Of a stretch of 64,000 bases of DNA, positions 1-13,869 are shown piece after piece. The stretch is from Octopus vulgaris (taxonomy: Eukaryota): the NCBI GenBank assembly GCA_951406725.2, contig OX597814.1, positions 108,004,001 through 108,068,000 on the forward strand. Reading direction: 5' to 3'. The position numbers and the translations under genes are program-made. The notes under the pieces are model-generated. The model was not told the origin of the DNA. It worked only from the letters and a program-made list of their open reading frames with translations, and did not search any database. Numbering within the stretch: position 1 is the stretch's first letter; every line of letters begins with the position of its first letter.

Positions 1-2709
1 ATTTCAGCCTCCATAGTTATTTTCTGGGTCGTTGATCAAATATATATGTTTTAGACTGTAGGTTATGATTTCAGGGAAACGTGGTCACCATTTACACATT
101 TTGACTCAATAACTTCGTTTTGGCAATCCTTTGGTGTTGGTACATGATGTCATTCGCCCACACAACCCCTTCCCTCATGGCATAAAGAAGCTTGGCTGAA
201 AAAGAGGGTGAATGACATCATCTCCTCACACTGAACTCTGTAGACCAATACTGAAGAAATCTCTTTCATTTTGTTATTGTTAAGGAGTGAACCAGTGGAA
301 TTGTTAATGCCTTGGGGAAAATGGTAACTAGAATGTCTTTTGGCTCTTTACGTTCTGAGTTCAAATCCTAACAAGACTGATTTTGCCCTTTGTCCTTTTG
401 GAAGACAATAAAATAAGTATCAATCAAGCACTGGGGTTGATATGATTATGAACCACCGGCACAAGTGCCATTGACCCCACACTGGCATCAGCCATGACTA
501 TGGACCCACTTGACTTGACAGGTTAACACAAGCATGGTATTTTGCCAAAGATCTTGGTCGCCTGTCACTGCCTCCATGAGGCCAAACACATGAACAGTGC
601 TTTCTATGTGCCACCAGCATGGGTGCAAGTCAGATGGCACTGGTATTGGCCACAACTACAATTTCATTCAGTTCAACAGCATATCATCCATGTTTCTTTA
701 TTGCCCACAAGGAGCTAAACATAGAGGGGACAAACAAGGACAGACAAAGGGATTAAGTCAATTACACTGACCCCAGTGCATAACTGGTACATAATTTATC
801 GACCCCGAAAGGATGAAAGGCAAAGTCGACCTCGGCAGAATTTGAACTCAGAACGTAATGACAGATGAAATACCACTAAGCATTTTGCCCGGCATGCTAA
901 CATTTCTGCCAGCTCGCACAGCATATCACCCAACAATTGAAGGGTGCTTTTAAAGGACCAGTTATGTGACACTGGCATCGGGCATGACAGAAAGAATTAT
1001 TTGTGCATAGATCAGATATTGAACTTGTGGGTAGACCGGACCACTTTACTGAATGTGCTGGGTGCTTTTTATGTGGCACCAACACAAGTGTGAGGGGTGG
1101 GGGCAAGTTGATTACATCACCTCAATATTTCCCTGTTACTTTATCAACCCTAAAAGGATGAAAAGTAAAGTTGACCCGGACAAGATTTGAACTCTGAGCC
1201 TAAAGTAGTGATAGAAATATTGCTGAGAATTTTGTCCAACTCACAACCGGTTCTGCCAGCTTGCCGCCATTGTAATTCTAATTTTGGCACAAGGCCAGCA
1301 TGGGTTGGATGATTTGACTGAGGACTGGTGAGCCAGGAGGCTGCACCAAGCTCCAATCTGATCTGGCAAAGTTTCTACAGCTGGGTGCTCTTCCTAACAC
1401 CAACCACTTCAAGAGTGTAGTGGGTGCTTTTACGTGCCACCGGCATGAGGGCCAGTCAGGCGGTACTGGCAATGGCCATGCTGAAATGGTGTTTTTTTTA
1501 CATGCCACCTGCACAGGAACCAGTCCAGCGGCACTGGCAACGACCTCAATAGAATGTTTTTTTCATGTGCCACCATAAGGCGACGCTGGTAACGATCACA
1601 CTTGAATGGTGCTTTTTATGTGCCACCAGCACGGAAGCCAGTTAGCTGCTCTGGCAATGATCACGTTTGGATGGTGCTCTTAGCGCTCTCTATAATAATG
1701 ATGATAATAATAATAATAGTAATAATAATAATCTTTTCTACTATAGGCACAAGGCCTGGAATTTGGGGGTTAGGGACTAGTTAATTACATTAACCTCAGT
1801 GTTGCACTGGTTCTTTATTTATTGACCTCAACAGCATTTGAACCCACAAACGTAGTGACAGGTGAAGTACTGCTAAGCATTTTGCCTGCCATGCTAACAA
1901 TTCTGCCAGCTTACCACTTTATAATAATTATAATAATAATAATAATAATAATGATCCTTTCTATTATAGGCACAAGGCCTGAAATTTAGGGGAGGGGGAT
2001 AGTCAATTACATCGACCCTCAGTTCTTAGCTGGTACTTAATTTAGTGACCCCGAAAGGATGAAAGTTAAAGTTGACCTTGGCAGAATTTGAACTCAGAAC
2101 ATAGGAGCAGATGAAATACCACTAAGCATCTTCAGCCAGAGGGAAATATTACCTTGTTTGGAAACGGATGAGGTTTGGTGATAGGGAGCGCATCCAGCTA
2201 TAGAATATCTGGTCAAACAGATTCTGTTCAACCCATGCAAGCATGGAAAAACGGATGCGATGATGATCATGTTTTTGAACTTTTCAACAATTTGTAACAC
2301 TCTTGTGTTTAATCACTCACAAGAGAATCTCCATTGTAAAATGTTGTATTCTGAAGAAAATATTCAATTGAAAGTAACATATTTAAATATTTGACATCAT
2401 ATTAAGAAAATGAAAAGCCATATCTCTTATGAGATCTAAGTATTGATTTCTTTCAATTTTCTTCTAATATTGATTGATTTTCTTGATCTATATATAATCA
2501 TATGATTTTCCTGATCTATATATAATCATATGATTTCTATCGACAAATTACAAGGTAGATTATTCTCTAATTTATAAGGCAGATTATTTCCTTAATCTAC
2601 AACAGAGGGAAAGTGATTAGCTTGTCTTTAATTGTTTTGATATTTAATTGGCTTTGAAGTGGAACTGCCGGTCAGGAGTTTGAATTGTAGTATTGTCATT
2701 GTTGTTATT

Positions 2710-2793
2710 GCCCGGTCGTTAGAGCATCAGACTTTTTAATCATTAATTTACTAAGTGATTTAAGGGTCATAGGTTCAAGTCCCTCTGTGGGCA
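2710..2793 (+). pseudogene. tRNA-Lys(UUU) pseudogene retaining an intron-like insert
   Basis: GCCCGG..TCGTTAGAGCATCAGACTTTTTA[insert]..AGGGTC..GGTTCAAGTCCCT..GGGCA matches eukaryotic tRNA-Lys(UUU). The 5' D-arm/A-box segment is deleted, and a T-run follows. Confidence 0.75.
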
Positions 2794-3027
2794 GGTTTTC
2801 ATTATTACTTTATTGAAATATTTTACTGGTTTCAAGATTTTTTGTTGATTTCATTACTTGTGCACTTCTTGTATTTACTTAATCATTTTTTAGCTTCAGG
2901 AGTGGCTGTGGAGTAAGAAGCTTGCTTCCCAACCACAGGGTTCTGGATTCAGTCCCACTGTGATAGGCTTAGGCTGACCAATGCCTTGTGAGTGGATTTG
3001 GTAGGTGGAAACTGAAAGAAGCCCATC

Positions 3028-3062
<35 letters not shown>

Positions 3063-5055
3063 AGAATTTACAAAAAAAAAAGCTAAAGACGAAGACGGGT
3101 ATGTAAACAACTAACAGATGTATTAGTTTAATGGTCGGGAAGGTGAGAAAGTCTTTTATGTTTCGAGCCTACACTCTTCAAAAGAAAGGAACACAGAAAT
3201 AAAGAGGGAGAGAAAATAAGAGGTTTAGTAGCTAGCGATCAATCATGGAGAATGCCAGACAGGTGGTCAGACAAGGGAGATAATAAAGTAGTGGTGATCC
3301 CAAAACAAAGGTGCGCTTGCATGTGTACGTGCGTATGTATGTGCGTGTGACCTTGATGTGTGCATGTGTAGGTGTGTGCATGATGGTGTGGGTGTTGGGA
3401 AGTGGTCAGTACTAGTGTGTGCAGGGTAATGTGGTGGTGTTGGAGTGTGGGAGAGGCGAGAATGGGGGAGCAGGGGGGGGGTGAAAGGGATGGGGTGGAG
3501 TGGGATATACATATATATATTATCTGAAGCGTACGGTATTGTATCTATCATAAGCCGGTCTAACTAATTGGTTTTACACTCGGGGTACAATGGAGATCAG
3601 CTGTGATGGATAGGTAAAAACTATTCATTTCAGATAATGCTCCCACTCTATTGACAGATATACTCGTGCATCGTTCTCTTGACTTATGGACTTTTAGATG
3701 ACTTACTTGTGTGTGTATGTGTGAATATGTATTTTACCGGTGGCATGTAACAAGCACCATCTGAACGTGGCCGATGCTAGCACTGCCTTGACTGGCTCCT
3801 GTGCTGGTGACACGTAAAAACCACCATTTGATCGTGGTCGATGCCAGCCATCTATGGCCCCTGTGCTAGTGACATGTAAAAAGCACCCACTACACTCTCG
3901 GAGTGGTTGGCGCTAGGAAGGGCATCCAGCTGTAGAAACACTGCTAGTTCAGACTGGTGCTTGATGCAGTCTCCTGGCTTTCCTGACCCCGGTCAAACCA
4001 CCCAACCCATGCCAGCATGGAAAACGGACGTTAAGCGATGATGATGAGTATCCATGTTTGTCCCTACCACTGTTTGACAACCGGTGTTGTTGTGTTTATA
4101 TCCCTGTAACTTGGTGGTTCAGCAAAAGAGACCGATAGAATAAGTACCAGGCTTAAAAAGAGATAAGCATTGGTGTTGATTTGTTTGCCTAAAATTCTTC
4201 AAGATGGTGCCCCAGCATGGCTGCAGTCTCATGACCGAAACAAGTAAAGAATAAAAGATAGTCACCAAATTCTTGTTGTTCCAGTTTTGTCTGAGTAAAC
4301 ACAATAACCAGAAACTTCACGGTTGAATGATTTGGACAAGGAAAGTGATATTTTTATCTTGTAATTCAGTCATTGAATTGTAGCCATACTGGGGCACCGG
4401 CTTCAAGGCTTCAGTCAAACAAATCACTATTAGTACTTAGTTTTAAATCTGGCGCTTATTCTAACCAATCCCTTTTACAGGAACATAAACAAACCAACAC
4501 CAGCCATCAATTGGTGTTGGTGGGGGCAAACAACACAAAGACACATAATTATAAATACTAGAAATAACAGCTAAGTTTCCTTTAAATTGGAACATAGCTT
4601 AAAACAGGATGGACTCATTAGATGTTGTAGTCCTAGATACATTGTTTTTAAAAACATGGTGGCCGAGGCTGGAATGTCTTTGCTCAGAGATGACTTTGGT
4701 CTAAACAATGTTTTAATAATATCAGTGAATGACTAATAGATATAAATTTGTCCCCATAACACTTAGACCATGTAGCATCAATTGATTGATGACTAATGTA
4801 TAACGTTGATGACTAATACATCAGTTGACTAATGTGACGCTTGTACATCAAGCTATCTCTATAAATCTTAGGTCATGTCTATTTTGGGCGTGGCTGCGTG
4901 GTAAGTAGCTTGCTTACCAACCACATGGTTCTGGGTTCAGTTCCATTGTGTGGCACCTTGGGCGAGTATCTTCTACAGCCTCAGGCTGACCAAAGCCTTG
5001 CGAGTGGATTTGGTTGACAGAAACTAAAAGAATCCTGTCACAGATATGTGTGTGT

Positions 5056-5101
<46 letters not shown>

Positions 5102-5483
5102 CTTTATGTCTTCCACTACTTGACATCTGGTGTTGCTGTGTTTATGTCCCCCTTAGTGGTTCAGCAAGGGGGACTGATAGAATTAGTACCAGGCTTAAAA
5201 AGAAAATAAGTCCCAAGGTTGATTCCTTTGAATAAAATTCTTCAAGGCAGTGCTCCAGCATGGCCGCAGTCTAGTGACTGAAACAAGTAAAAGATAAAAG
5301 ATTAGCTGATTGATGACTAATACTTAGAGTTGTTTCCATCAAATGGTAATCGACTTCCCGTTTGTGTGCAGTTTCTGCCAGTTCCTCCTTTCTGAGTTCA
5401 AATCCTAGCTCAGTCAGCTTTGACTTTCATCCTTCTGGGCTTGATAAAATACCAGTTATACAGAGAAACTAAATAACCAACTA

Positions 5484-6178
5484 CAGTCATACCTCACCCT
5501 ACATCATTAATTGGTTTCAGGAGACCAGAGTTCAGTTGAATTAACTTGTCTCTAGGCTAAACCGATAACAACCATTCCCAGTTCTGTATTTTATTTATGA
5601 ATGCATTTTCAATAATACATGGTTAATAAAAACCTATTCTAAGCTTACAAACAAATAATTTTAATTTCTTGATGCAGTACAGTAAAAAAAAAGTAATCTA
5701 AATTTGCGAATACAATTTGACGGTGTTTACCATACATCGCGGATGCTTTATTCATGAATGCAGTTTGCAATAAGACATGGTAAAATAAAAGCCTTTTTCA
5801 AGCTTAAAAAACAAATTCAATAATTATTATTATTTTGCAATAGTAAAAAAAGCTAAATTATTTTAAATTTACCAATTTGTACATACAATTTGGTGATTTC
5901 ATGATTTCATTCATGAAGCTACATTACTTTATGGTGTGTATCTTAACATTTACTGCACGTATTTTAATATGATTTTTATATGCTTTTATTCTTATTTATT
6001 GTACAGTAAGATGATTTTATGTGCTTTTAACGGTTTTCTAATGATTTTATAATTCCAATATTTGTGGCAGACAGACGTAAAGTCGAGTAAAATGACTTAA
6101 CTTGATTTTTATTTTACCCTATATTATTTTTGAGAACTGATGTATAATCAAGAATGACTTAAGCTGAGGTATGCTGGT
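5484..6178. mobile_element. Tigger/pogo-like non-autonomous element
   Basis: TA-CAGTCATACCTC ... GAGGTATGCTGG-TA termini. AT-rich interior with an internal ~160-bp direct duplication (from ~5590 and ~5747). Confidence 0.55.
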
Positions 6179-6263
6179 ATATACATGCTTCCCCAATAAT
6201 GTGACACCATGCCAAGTCTAGAAATAATCTCTTACACCTGTGTGTGTAGACTAGAGTATAGAC

Positions 6264-6979
6264 TAGGGGTTCCCAACCCTTTTATTTACGTGAGTCCCCC
6301 CCTTTTTTTTTATATACTTATCCTTATGTATGTTGTTGTTTCCTTGGCGTATAGGTTCCCCACCTGGACAGGACACTGGTCCATCACAGGTGAGCTGCAA
6401 GATGCAGGGGGAAAGAGTGGGAGAAAGTTGTGGTGAAAGAGTCAGCAGAAATTTGCCATTACCTTCTGCCGAAGCTGTGTGGAGCTTAGGTGTTTTGCTC
6501 ATAAACACACACGTTGCTCGGTCTGAGATTCGAACCCACGATCCCTTGACCATGAATCTTCTGCTCTAAACACTAGGCCATGTGCCTCCACTTGTGTGTG
6601 TGTGTATATATATATATATCATCATCATCATCATCATCATCATCGTTTAACGTCCGTTTTCTGCGCTAGCACGGGTTGGACGGTTTCGACCGGGGTCTGG
6701 GGAGCCAGGGGCTGCCCCAGGCTCCAGTCTGGTCTGGCAGTGTTTCTACAGCTGGATGCCCTTCCTAACGCCAACCACTCCGCGAGTGTAGTGGGTGCTT
6801 TTTACGTGCCACCTGCACAGGTGCCAGAGTGGTCTGGCATCGGCCACGGTCAGTTGGTGCTTTTTATGTGCCACCTGCACAGAAGCCAGTCGGGGCGGTG
6901 CTGGCATCGGCCATTAAATTTAGTTCATGGACCCCCAGTACTACCAGGGGATCCGCAGACCCTAGTTTGGGAACCACTG
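6264..6979. mobile_element. hAT-type MITE with two nested SINEs
   Basis: TIRs TAGGGGTTCCCAA / TTGGGAACCACTG; TSD GTATAGAC/GTATATAC. SINEs are inserted at ~6340-6590 and ~6620-6912. Confidence 0.75.
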
Positions 6980-7616
6980 GTATATACACAAATCCGTGAA
7001 GTAGAACCAATACTGTATATTTTTTATTATTTTTATAATTAGTATATATTATTTTATTATAAATGCTAAACAACATCATGGAAGAATCGATGTAAGCTTA
7101 AATAATAAGCCACGATAGGTGAACCACAATACGGTGAGAGATTACTGTTTACTCACTACCTGCCATCAAGCCTAGTATGTGCATTGACCCTGCACCTCTT
7201 ATGTTAAATCTCTCTGTATCTCACTACTGCCTCTTCATAAAGCTTGACCAGAGATCCAATCAACCAACAATTATCATTTATTATTTTATAGAGATAAACA
7301 TAAAGCTGTCCAAATTAATTGGAAGAGGAAATCTGATGATTTAAAGTTCAAATCTGATGGACTCCAATTTGCAGTTTATCTCTTCAGTGTTAAGATATCA
7401 CTAGCTTTGAGAGAGGATTTGATGGAGGGATACTGAAAGATGCCCATCATACATGTGTGTGTGTGTGTGTCTCTCCTTGTCTTGATACCATGTGACTGGT
7501 AAATGAGGAGTGTCACTGTCATACAAACAGTGTCAATCACTTTCAGTGTTCTGCAAAAACATGTCTGGTCTTGGAAACGGGTGAAGGTTGGTGACAGGAA
7601 GGGCATCTGGCCACCA

Positions 7617-8457
7617 AAGATGGTCGTTTTTCTTTTAGCACTTAACTTAAGCTGCTCAAAATAGATCTCCTTTGCTATCGTTTGGGTTTAAAAGTTCGAA
7701 GTGGACTAAACCTTTCATATCCCACCAAACAGATAACACTTTATGTGGGTGTAAACCTTCTTTAGCTTGGGGTGCTGGTGTTTCTCCTTTCCCTATACAC
7801 TGTCTTTGGTACTTGACATTTTTATAGAGAACCCATTTCTTGTCACCAGTCAACTATTCAGTCCAAAAAGAAGTTCATTCGTGAGACATGAGAGCAAAGA
7901 AGAGTTCACATTCACTCTCTGCGCACGATTAGTCTCAGAAAGTTTGTGAGGAACCCATTGACCCAATCTGCAGACTTTTCCGATGGCATGCAGGTGTTGA
8001 TGAATGGTTGAATGACCGAATCCAAGCTTCTCTACTAGCTCCTCAATAGTTACAATGGGATTTTGTTCCACCAGGTTTTGCAGGACATCCTCATTGAGCT
8101 CTACAGATCTTCCAGGACAAGGCTCATATTCTAGGTTGTAGTTTCTGGCTTAGAATTTCTGGAACCTCTGTTGGCTTATACTTATTGTCCGATCCTCATA
8201 TACTGTGTTAATATTCCTTGCACTTTCTGTTGCGTTGTGGCCTTTATTGAATTCATAATGCTCCTTTATCACTTCCATTATAGCTTTGAAAAATAACTGT
8301 TAAAATCAAACTGCACTCTTCAAAACTTGCACTAAGAATAAGCACAAGGTAAAATTACTACCTGCTTTTATAGTAAGTTGATGCAGGTAGTTTATCCCAT
8401 CCCCCTCCGACTTTTGCTTCATGCAATTGAAAAAACTGCATTATTTATGGGATAACA
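7617..8457 (-). mobile_element. Truncated mariner transposase remnant
   Basis: ORFs 7850..8071 (HTH region, WVPHKL) and 7656..7853 (TGDKKWVLY, LSVWWD). One TIR-like end near 8433-8457. Confidence 0.88.
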
Positions 8458-8660
8458 CACACACACACATTACATGTGTGTGTGTGTGTGAGTGTTTGTC
8501 CCACCTCCTCTACTTGACAACCGATGGTGTGTGTGTGTGTGTTTACGTCTCCCAAATATAGCGGTTCAGCAAAATTGATCGATAGAATAAGTATGAGGCT
8601 TAACAAAAGCACGTACCGATGTCGATTCGTTCGACTGAAATTCCTCAAGGTCTTAAAAAA

Positions 8661-9050
8661 TAATAATAAAATAATAATAATAATAATAATAATAATAATT
8701 GTGTACAGTGCTCAGGTGCACTACAACTCATCTAAAGTGTATATATAATCAGGTGTAGTTTCGACGGATTTCGGAAAGCATGAGGGCCTTAAAGGATGCA
8801 GTGTCATGGCAGTCAACAACTGATGCAGGCAGTTTATTCCACGCTTCAGCAACCCTGAGCGTGAAAAAATGTTTCCGAAAGTCATGGGAGCTGTATTGTT
8901 TTCTGACTTTGTAGGCATGTCCACGTGTGTTAGACACATGGAGATCAAAAAGGTGTTCAGTGTTGTTGTTGGTGAGGTGGTTGATAACTTTGTGGGTGTT
9001 TACCAAGTCCGTCGCCAAACGCCGGAGCTTCAGTGAATCCATGCCCAGGT
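8661..9050 (-). mobile_element. CR1/L2-clade LINE 3' fragment
   Basis: ORF 8749..9063 contains LRRLATDL..TRGHAYKV..RKHFFTLRVAEAWNKLP, typical of a CR1 ORF2 C-terminus, followed by an (ATT)n tail. Confidence 0.88.
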
Positions 9051-10069
9051 CTTGCCCCAGCATGGCCGCAGTCTAGTGACTGAAACAAGTAAAAGATAGA
9101 AAATATCTTTTTTTTATTCCGTCCTCCTCCCTTTTTCCAAAGAAACACAAATCCGAACTTTCCAACTCTTTCTAATATCCTTGTTTTGCTGGTTTCCTTT
9201 GGAACTCAGCTGGAATGTCTCGCTTGAAAATGTTTTCCTTTTTGCTACAAGAAAAATCTCTACGGTGGTGAAGGCATTTAATATTATTTTGTCTAAATTA
9301 ATGACTCCGTGCTGTTAAAATATCTCATTGCTCCCCACCATCAGCTTAACATATCGAACCAGATGTTAAATCGATCATTTATTGATTGCTAGGCTCGAAT
9401 CACATGGCCTCACAATAACAATCCTGTGTCCAAGAGAGAAAAGATAGAATTTCATAACAAAAGACGAACTTTAATAATCCTAAGTAGAAATTCAGTTTTA
9501 ATTATTCAAAATTAAATCTGATTATATTTTAGATTATTAAAATATGGAATTAAGGGAAAACGAAAACAAAGTTTGATCTTCGCGTAGAGTCGTTGAAATA
9601 AGTGAATTAAGAATAAAATGGAAAAATGATTTTAAATAATTCTGTACTAATTTCGTTTTAAGGTATTCACAAAACTATATTTCTTGAGAAAATCCACGGA
9701 AATGGTGTAAATTTAATAGGTAGAATTTATAGTATTAAAAGCTAGTGTCATCGACAGTGGAAAGGAACAAACAATGGACAGAACACACAGACACAATGAA
9801 AGGAAAGCAATGTGAAGTGTAAAAGAGCACGTCGTCAGTAGAGGAAGATGACAAAGAGGGGGTAAGACAGGGAGGGAGAGAGAGAGAGGGAATATATGTG
9901 AGGGAGGGAAGAAATGTAGGAAGACTTGAAGGGGGTAAAAGAAAAAAAAAACGTCAGAGGAAACTGGGTGCATGTTGTGTGGTGAATCTGTTTCTGTCCC
10001 TTGTATGCGAAATCACAGTAAAAATAATGTTGGATGGCCGCCATAATGTAATTTCAGCGTGGTGGTAGT

Positions 10070-10555
10070 AGTGGTGCGGTGAACACACCTTTAACATGAG
10101 TGTCACTATTAACACTGAACATGGTGAACACTAACGTGATGGTGTCGGTGGTGGCGAACACAACGTGTTTAATGTTGGTGAACATACACCCTCAGTATCT
10201 CTCAACATAGTGGAATTGTGAACACATACACTTTTAACATAGTAGTGAACACGTACTATTAACATGGGGTGGTGAACACAATATGACGGTGAATATTTGC
10301 TCACTTTTAACACGAGTGCATAACACATTCCTGAAATTGAACAAGTACACCCACTGCTAACGTAACGATGAACGCATACTAACTTTTAACAAGGCGGTGA
10401 ACATATATGACATGATGTTAGTGAACATACACTTGCATTTTAATATGGTTGTGAACATAATCACGCTAACTATGATGGTTGTGAACACATTGTCTTATTG
10501 GTGATGATGTTTGCGAACATACTTTTAACAAACGTGATGGTGAACACATACACAA
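10070..10555. repeat. Degenerate minisatellite (~25-30-bp units around GGTGAACA..TTAACA)
   Basis: TGAACA recurs with regular spacing, alternating with TTAACA/CTAAC. Confidence 0.75.
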
Positions 10556-11528
10556 ATCTACCTTTTTTCTGCGTGTTTATCTATCTGTCTGCGTGTTTGT
10601 GTCTGTTTACATATTCCTTTGTAAAACACAAGGACAAGCAATATGTTAGTTAAAATTTGTATCGTTTAAGGACAAAATGTTTATAAACATTGAAGCTAAC
10701 AGGAATAAAAGTAATAACGTGCTAGAAAGCAGAACTATTTCGTTTTACTCCAAGATAAACCACGAAAGAAACCTTTCCAAACAACTATTATTGTACATAA
10801 AAATCACAATTTATGTTGGAACCTGCAAAGAAGAAACAATAACTGCTCTGAAGAAGATAAAAGAATTCGATAAGTTGTTCAAGAATTATCCCAAATATCA
10901 AGGCAGATGTCATAAAATAAGTTCCGTATTCCCGCCGTATTGTGAGGAAGTCGCAGCTTCCTTCCATGTGATAAGACCAAAAAATCACAAATCAATCAAA
11001 ATATATTTTTTAAAAAGTAACACACACACACACACCACCCACATTAGGACTGGAATTCTTATCAGGACATCGAAAACGGAAGATTTACTGCCAAGAGCAA
11101 AACCAAACCATGTTTTAATATTTAATTCTTTAAACAAAAGTGAAAGTTAGAAAGAGAGAGAGAGAGAGAGAGATGTAGTGTTGTTTCAAACGATTATCTT
11201 TATAAGCATTAATTAAATTAACTGCGAAAACTTAGATTTGATAAGGATAACTAAACTAAAGCAGGATTATAAAATGTTTTGGAGTATGTTTAAAAAGAAG
11301 ACGGCGATGGTTAAGGAACAAAAACAGAGGTAAATTATAGACAAATGGTGTAAGAAAAATGAAAGACAAATATTTAAAAAAAAAAAACGAAATTGACATG
11401 ACTGTATAACAATTATATTTTGTCAGAAAGAAAGAAATAGTTTAAAAGGTTAAAACGATGACAATATTTTTTTTTATTAGATATTGGAATATGTAGCTTA
11501 CTGTATCTACAATACATACAAAACACGG

Positions 11529-11577
<49 letters not shown>

Positions 11578-11872
11578 GAGAACATGCGGCGAGCACCGAG
11601 CGAGAGAAAGAATTTGTCATGTGAAATTGTAAACAAAGATAATTGTGTCAAAATATGAACAGAAATAATAATGGTAATAATAATAGTAATAATTATACGA
11701 AATGTAAAAGGAATTTGGTGAAAGAGAAACGAATAATGTAGATGTTTTTGGTTATAATCTCTGCTTAGGAGACAATATGGAATTGTATTTATAAGAGCGA
11801 AGAAAGAGAAGGAAATAATGTTTTGTATATGTTTGGAAGTGAAATGGAGAGAAAAATTACTGTAGAAGTGTA

Positions 11873-11918
<46 letters not shown>

Positions 11919-13869
11919 GGGTATGTATATGCCACCCCCCATTTCTACACGTGTATACCCGTACATATATAAGGCTGAAACATAAAGGAATAAAATATAT
12001 ACATACACCAACTATTATGTATACACACGTGTGTGTGTACCTAAGTACACGTGTGTTTAATTGGATATATATGCATATCTATATATACATATCTCTGTAT
12101 GTGTGTGTATATATAGGCATATGTTATATATATATATATATATACACACACAGCTCATACATATATGTAATGTATGCCTGTATGTGTACACACACATATA
12201 CGAATGTAAGCAATACAATTTTAATGTCAGATGTAAATCTCTGAAAGTCTGCAACTCAATGGGTAGTCGGGGCTATGACATATCCACCGGGATTAAACAG
12301 ATGGGAAGAATGGACAACAAAGTATTAACCTCCATGGGACATCAAGATATTCTGGAAACGCTATCCACTTCCTCACCTCATCAGCCACTGTTGAATTAAA
12401 GACAATAGTTTAGTCATACTGTATAGATGGCAGTTGATGATACCACTCAATCAGGAATGGATAACGGATTGAATAAATCATATTATATATTGAATATATG
12501 TATAGGGATAGATGTTGCGGAACCTGTGTGGAACCTTGGGCAAGTTGTTTTCTACTATGACCTCAGGCTTTGTGAATGGACTTCGTAGACAGAAACTAAA
12601 AGAAGCCTGTCATTTGTGAGTGTGTCACACCATTGCTTGACATCCAGTGTTGTGTTTACATCCCTTTAACTTAGTGTTTTGGTAAAAATGACCGATAGAA
12701 TCGGTACTAGGCTTAAAAAATAATGTCCTGGGGTTGATTTGTTCAACCAAAATTCTTCAACATGGTGCCCCAGCATGGCCACAGTCTAATGACTGAAACA
12801 AGTGAAAGATAAAAGATAAATGCAGGCGTGGCTGAGTGGTTAAGACACTTTGTTTCCCAACCACATGGTTTCTGGTTCAGTCTCACTGCGTGGCACCTTA
12901 GGCAAGTGTCTTCTATAGTCCTGGGCTGGCCAATTTGGTAGACAGAAACTGAAAGAAGCCTTAGCTGGCGAGCTGGCGGAAACATTAGCATGCCGGGCAA
13001 AAAGCTTAGCGGTATTTTGTCTGCCGTTACGTTCTGAGTTCAAATTCCGCCGAGGTCGACTTTGCCTTTCATCCTTTCGGGTTCGATTAAATAAGTACCA
13101 GTTATGCACTGGGGGTCAATATAATCGACTTAATCCGTTTGTCTGTCCTTGTTTAGCCCCTTGTGGGCAACAAAGAAATAACAAACTGAAAGTAGCCTAT
13201 CATCTCTCTATCTCTGTCTCTCTAAATATGTGTGTGTGTGTGTGTTCCATCACTTGACAACTAGTATTGGTTTGTTTACATCCACTGTAACTTAAAGGTT
13301 TGGCAAAAGAGAATGATAGATTAAATACCAAATTTGAATAAATGCTGTGGTTGATTTGTTCCATTGAACTCTTTGAGTTTGGTGCTCCAGGCGTGGCTGC
13401 AGTCCAATGACTGAAACCAGCAAAAGAGACATAAGTACTAATGGCGAGGGGTGGGGTGGGGTAGGGGAGGATCTGTGAAGATTTGAAAGAAAGGAAGCAA
13501 TTGATGTGTGATACTACGCTGCACGAACTAAGGTAGAGAAATGAGCTGAGAGGAAATCTAGGTTGAAGAGGAACCCAATGTGGTGTGCAAAACAGAAAAC
13601 TGTTGGTATGGTCATGTGAAGTGAGCTGTGTAGAGACGTACAGGGTACTCCAAGGGATGTGGAGGGTGGAGCTTGTAGAAGAAGAGGGGAAACCCAGGAA
13701 GGTAGAGGGGGTGGGGGGCGGCAATAAACTAAGTATTGTCTGAACACTGTTGGTCAATATCATCAATTAGCCCCCTCCTCCAAAATTTCAGGCCTTGTGC
13801 TTATAACAGAAAGAGTTATTATAAAAGCAGCAAGCTGACAGAATCCTTAGGGAAATCGAAATTGAACCA

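Noticed and set aside
10070-10555. Regularly spaced repeats resembling a CRISPR array
   Set aside because: Eukaryotic context, degenerate units without unique spacers, and no cas genes.
10677-11150. 157-aa ORF
   Set aside because: AT-rich composition, runs through a (CA)n tract, and no recognisable domain.
11530-12400. Several ORFs rich in Y/I/C/V/H/T
   Set aside because: Translations of (AT)n/(GT)n microsatellites.
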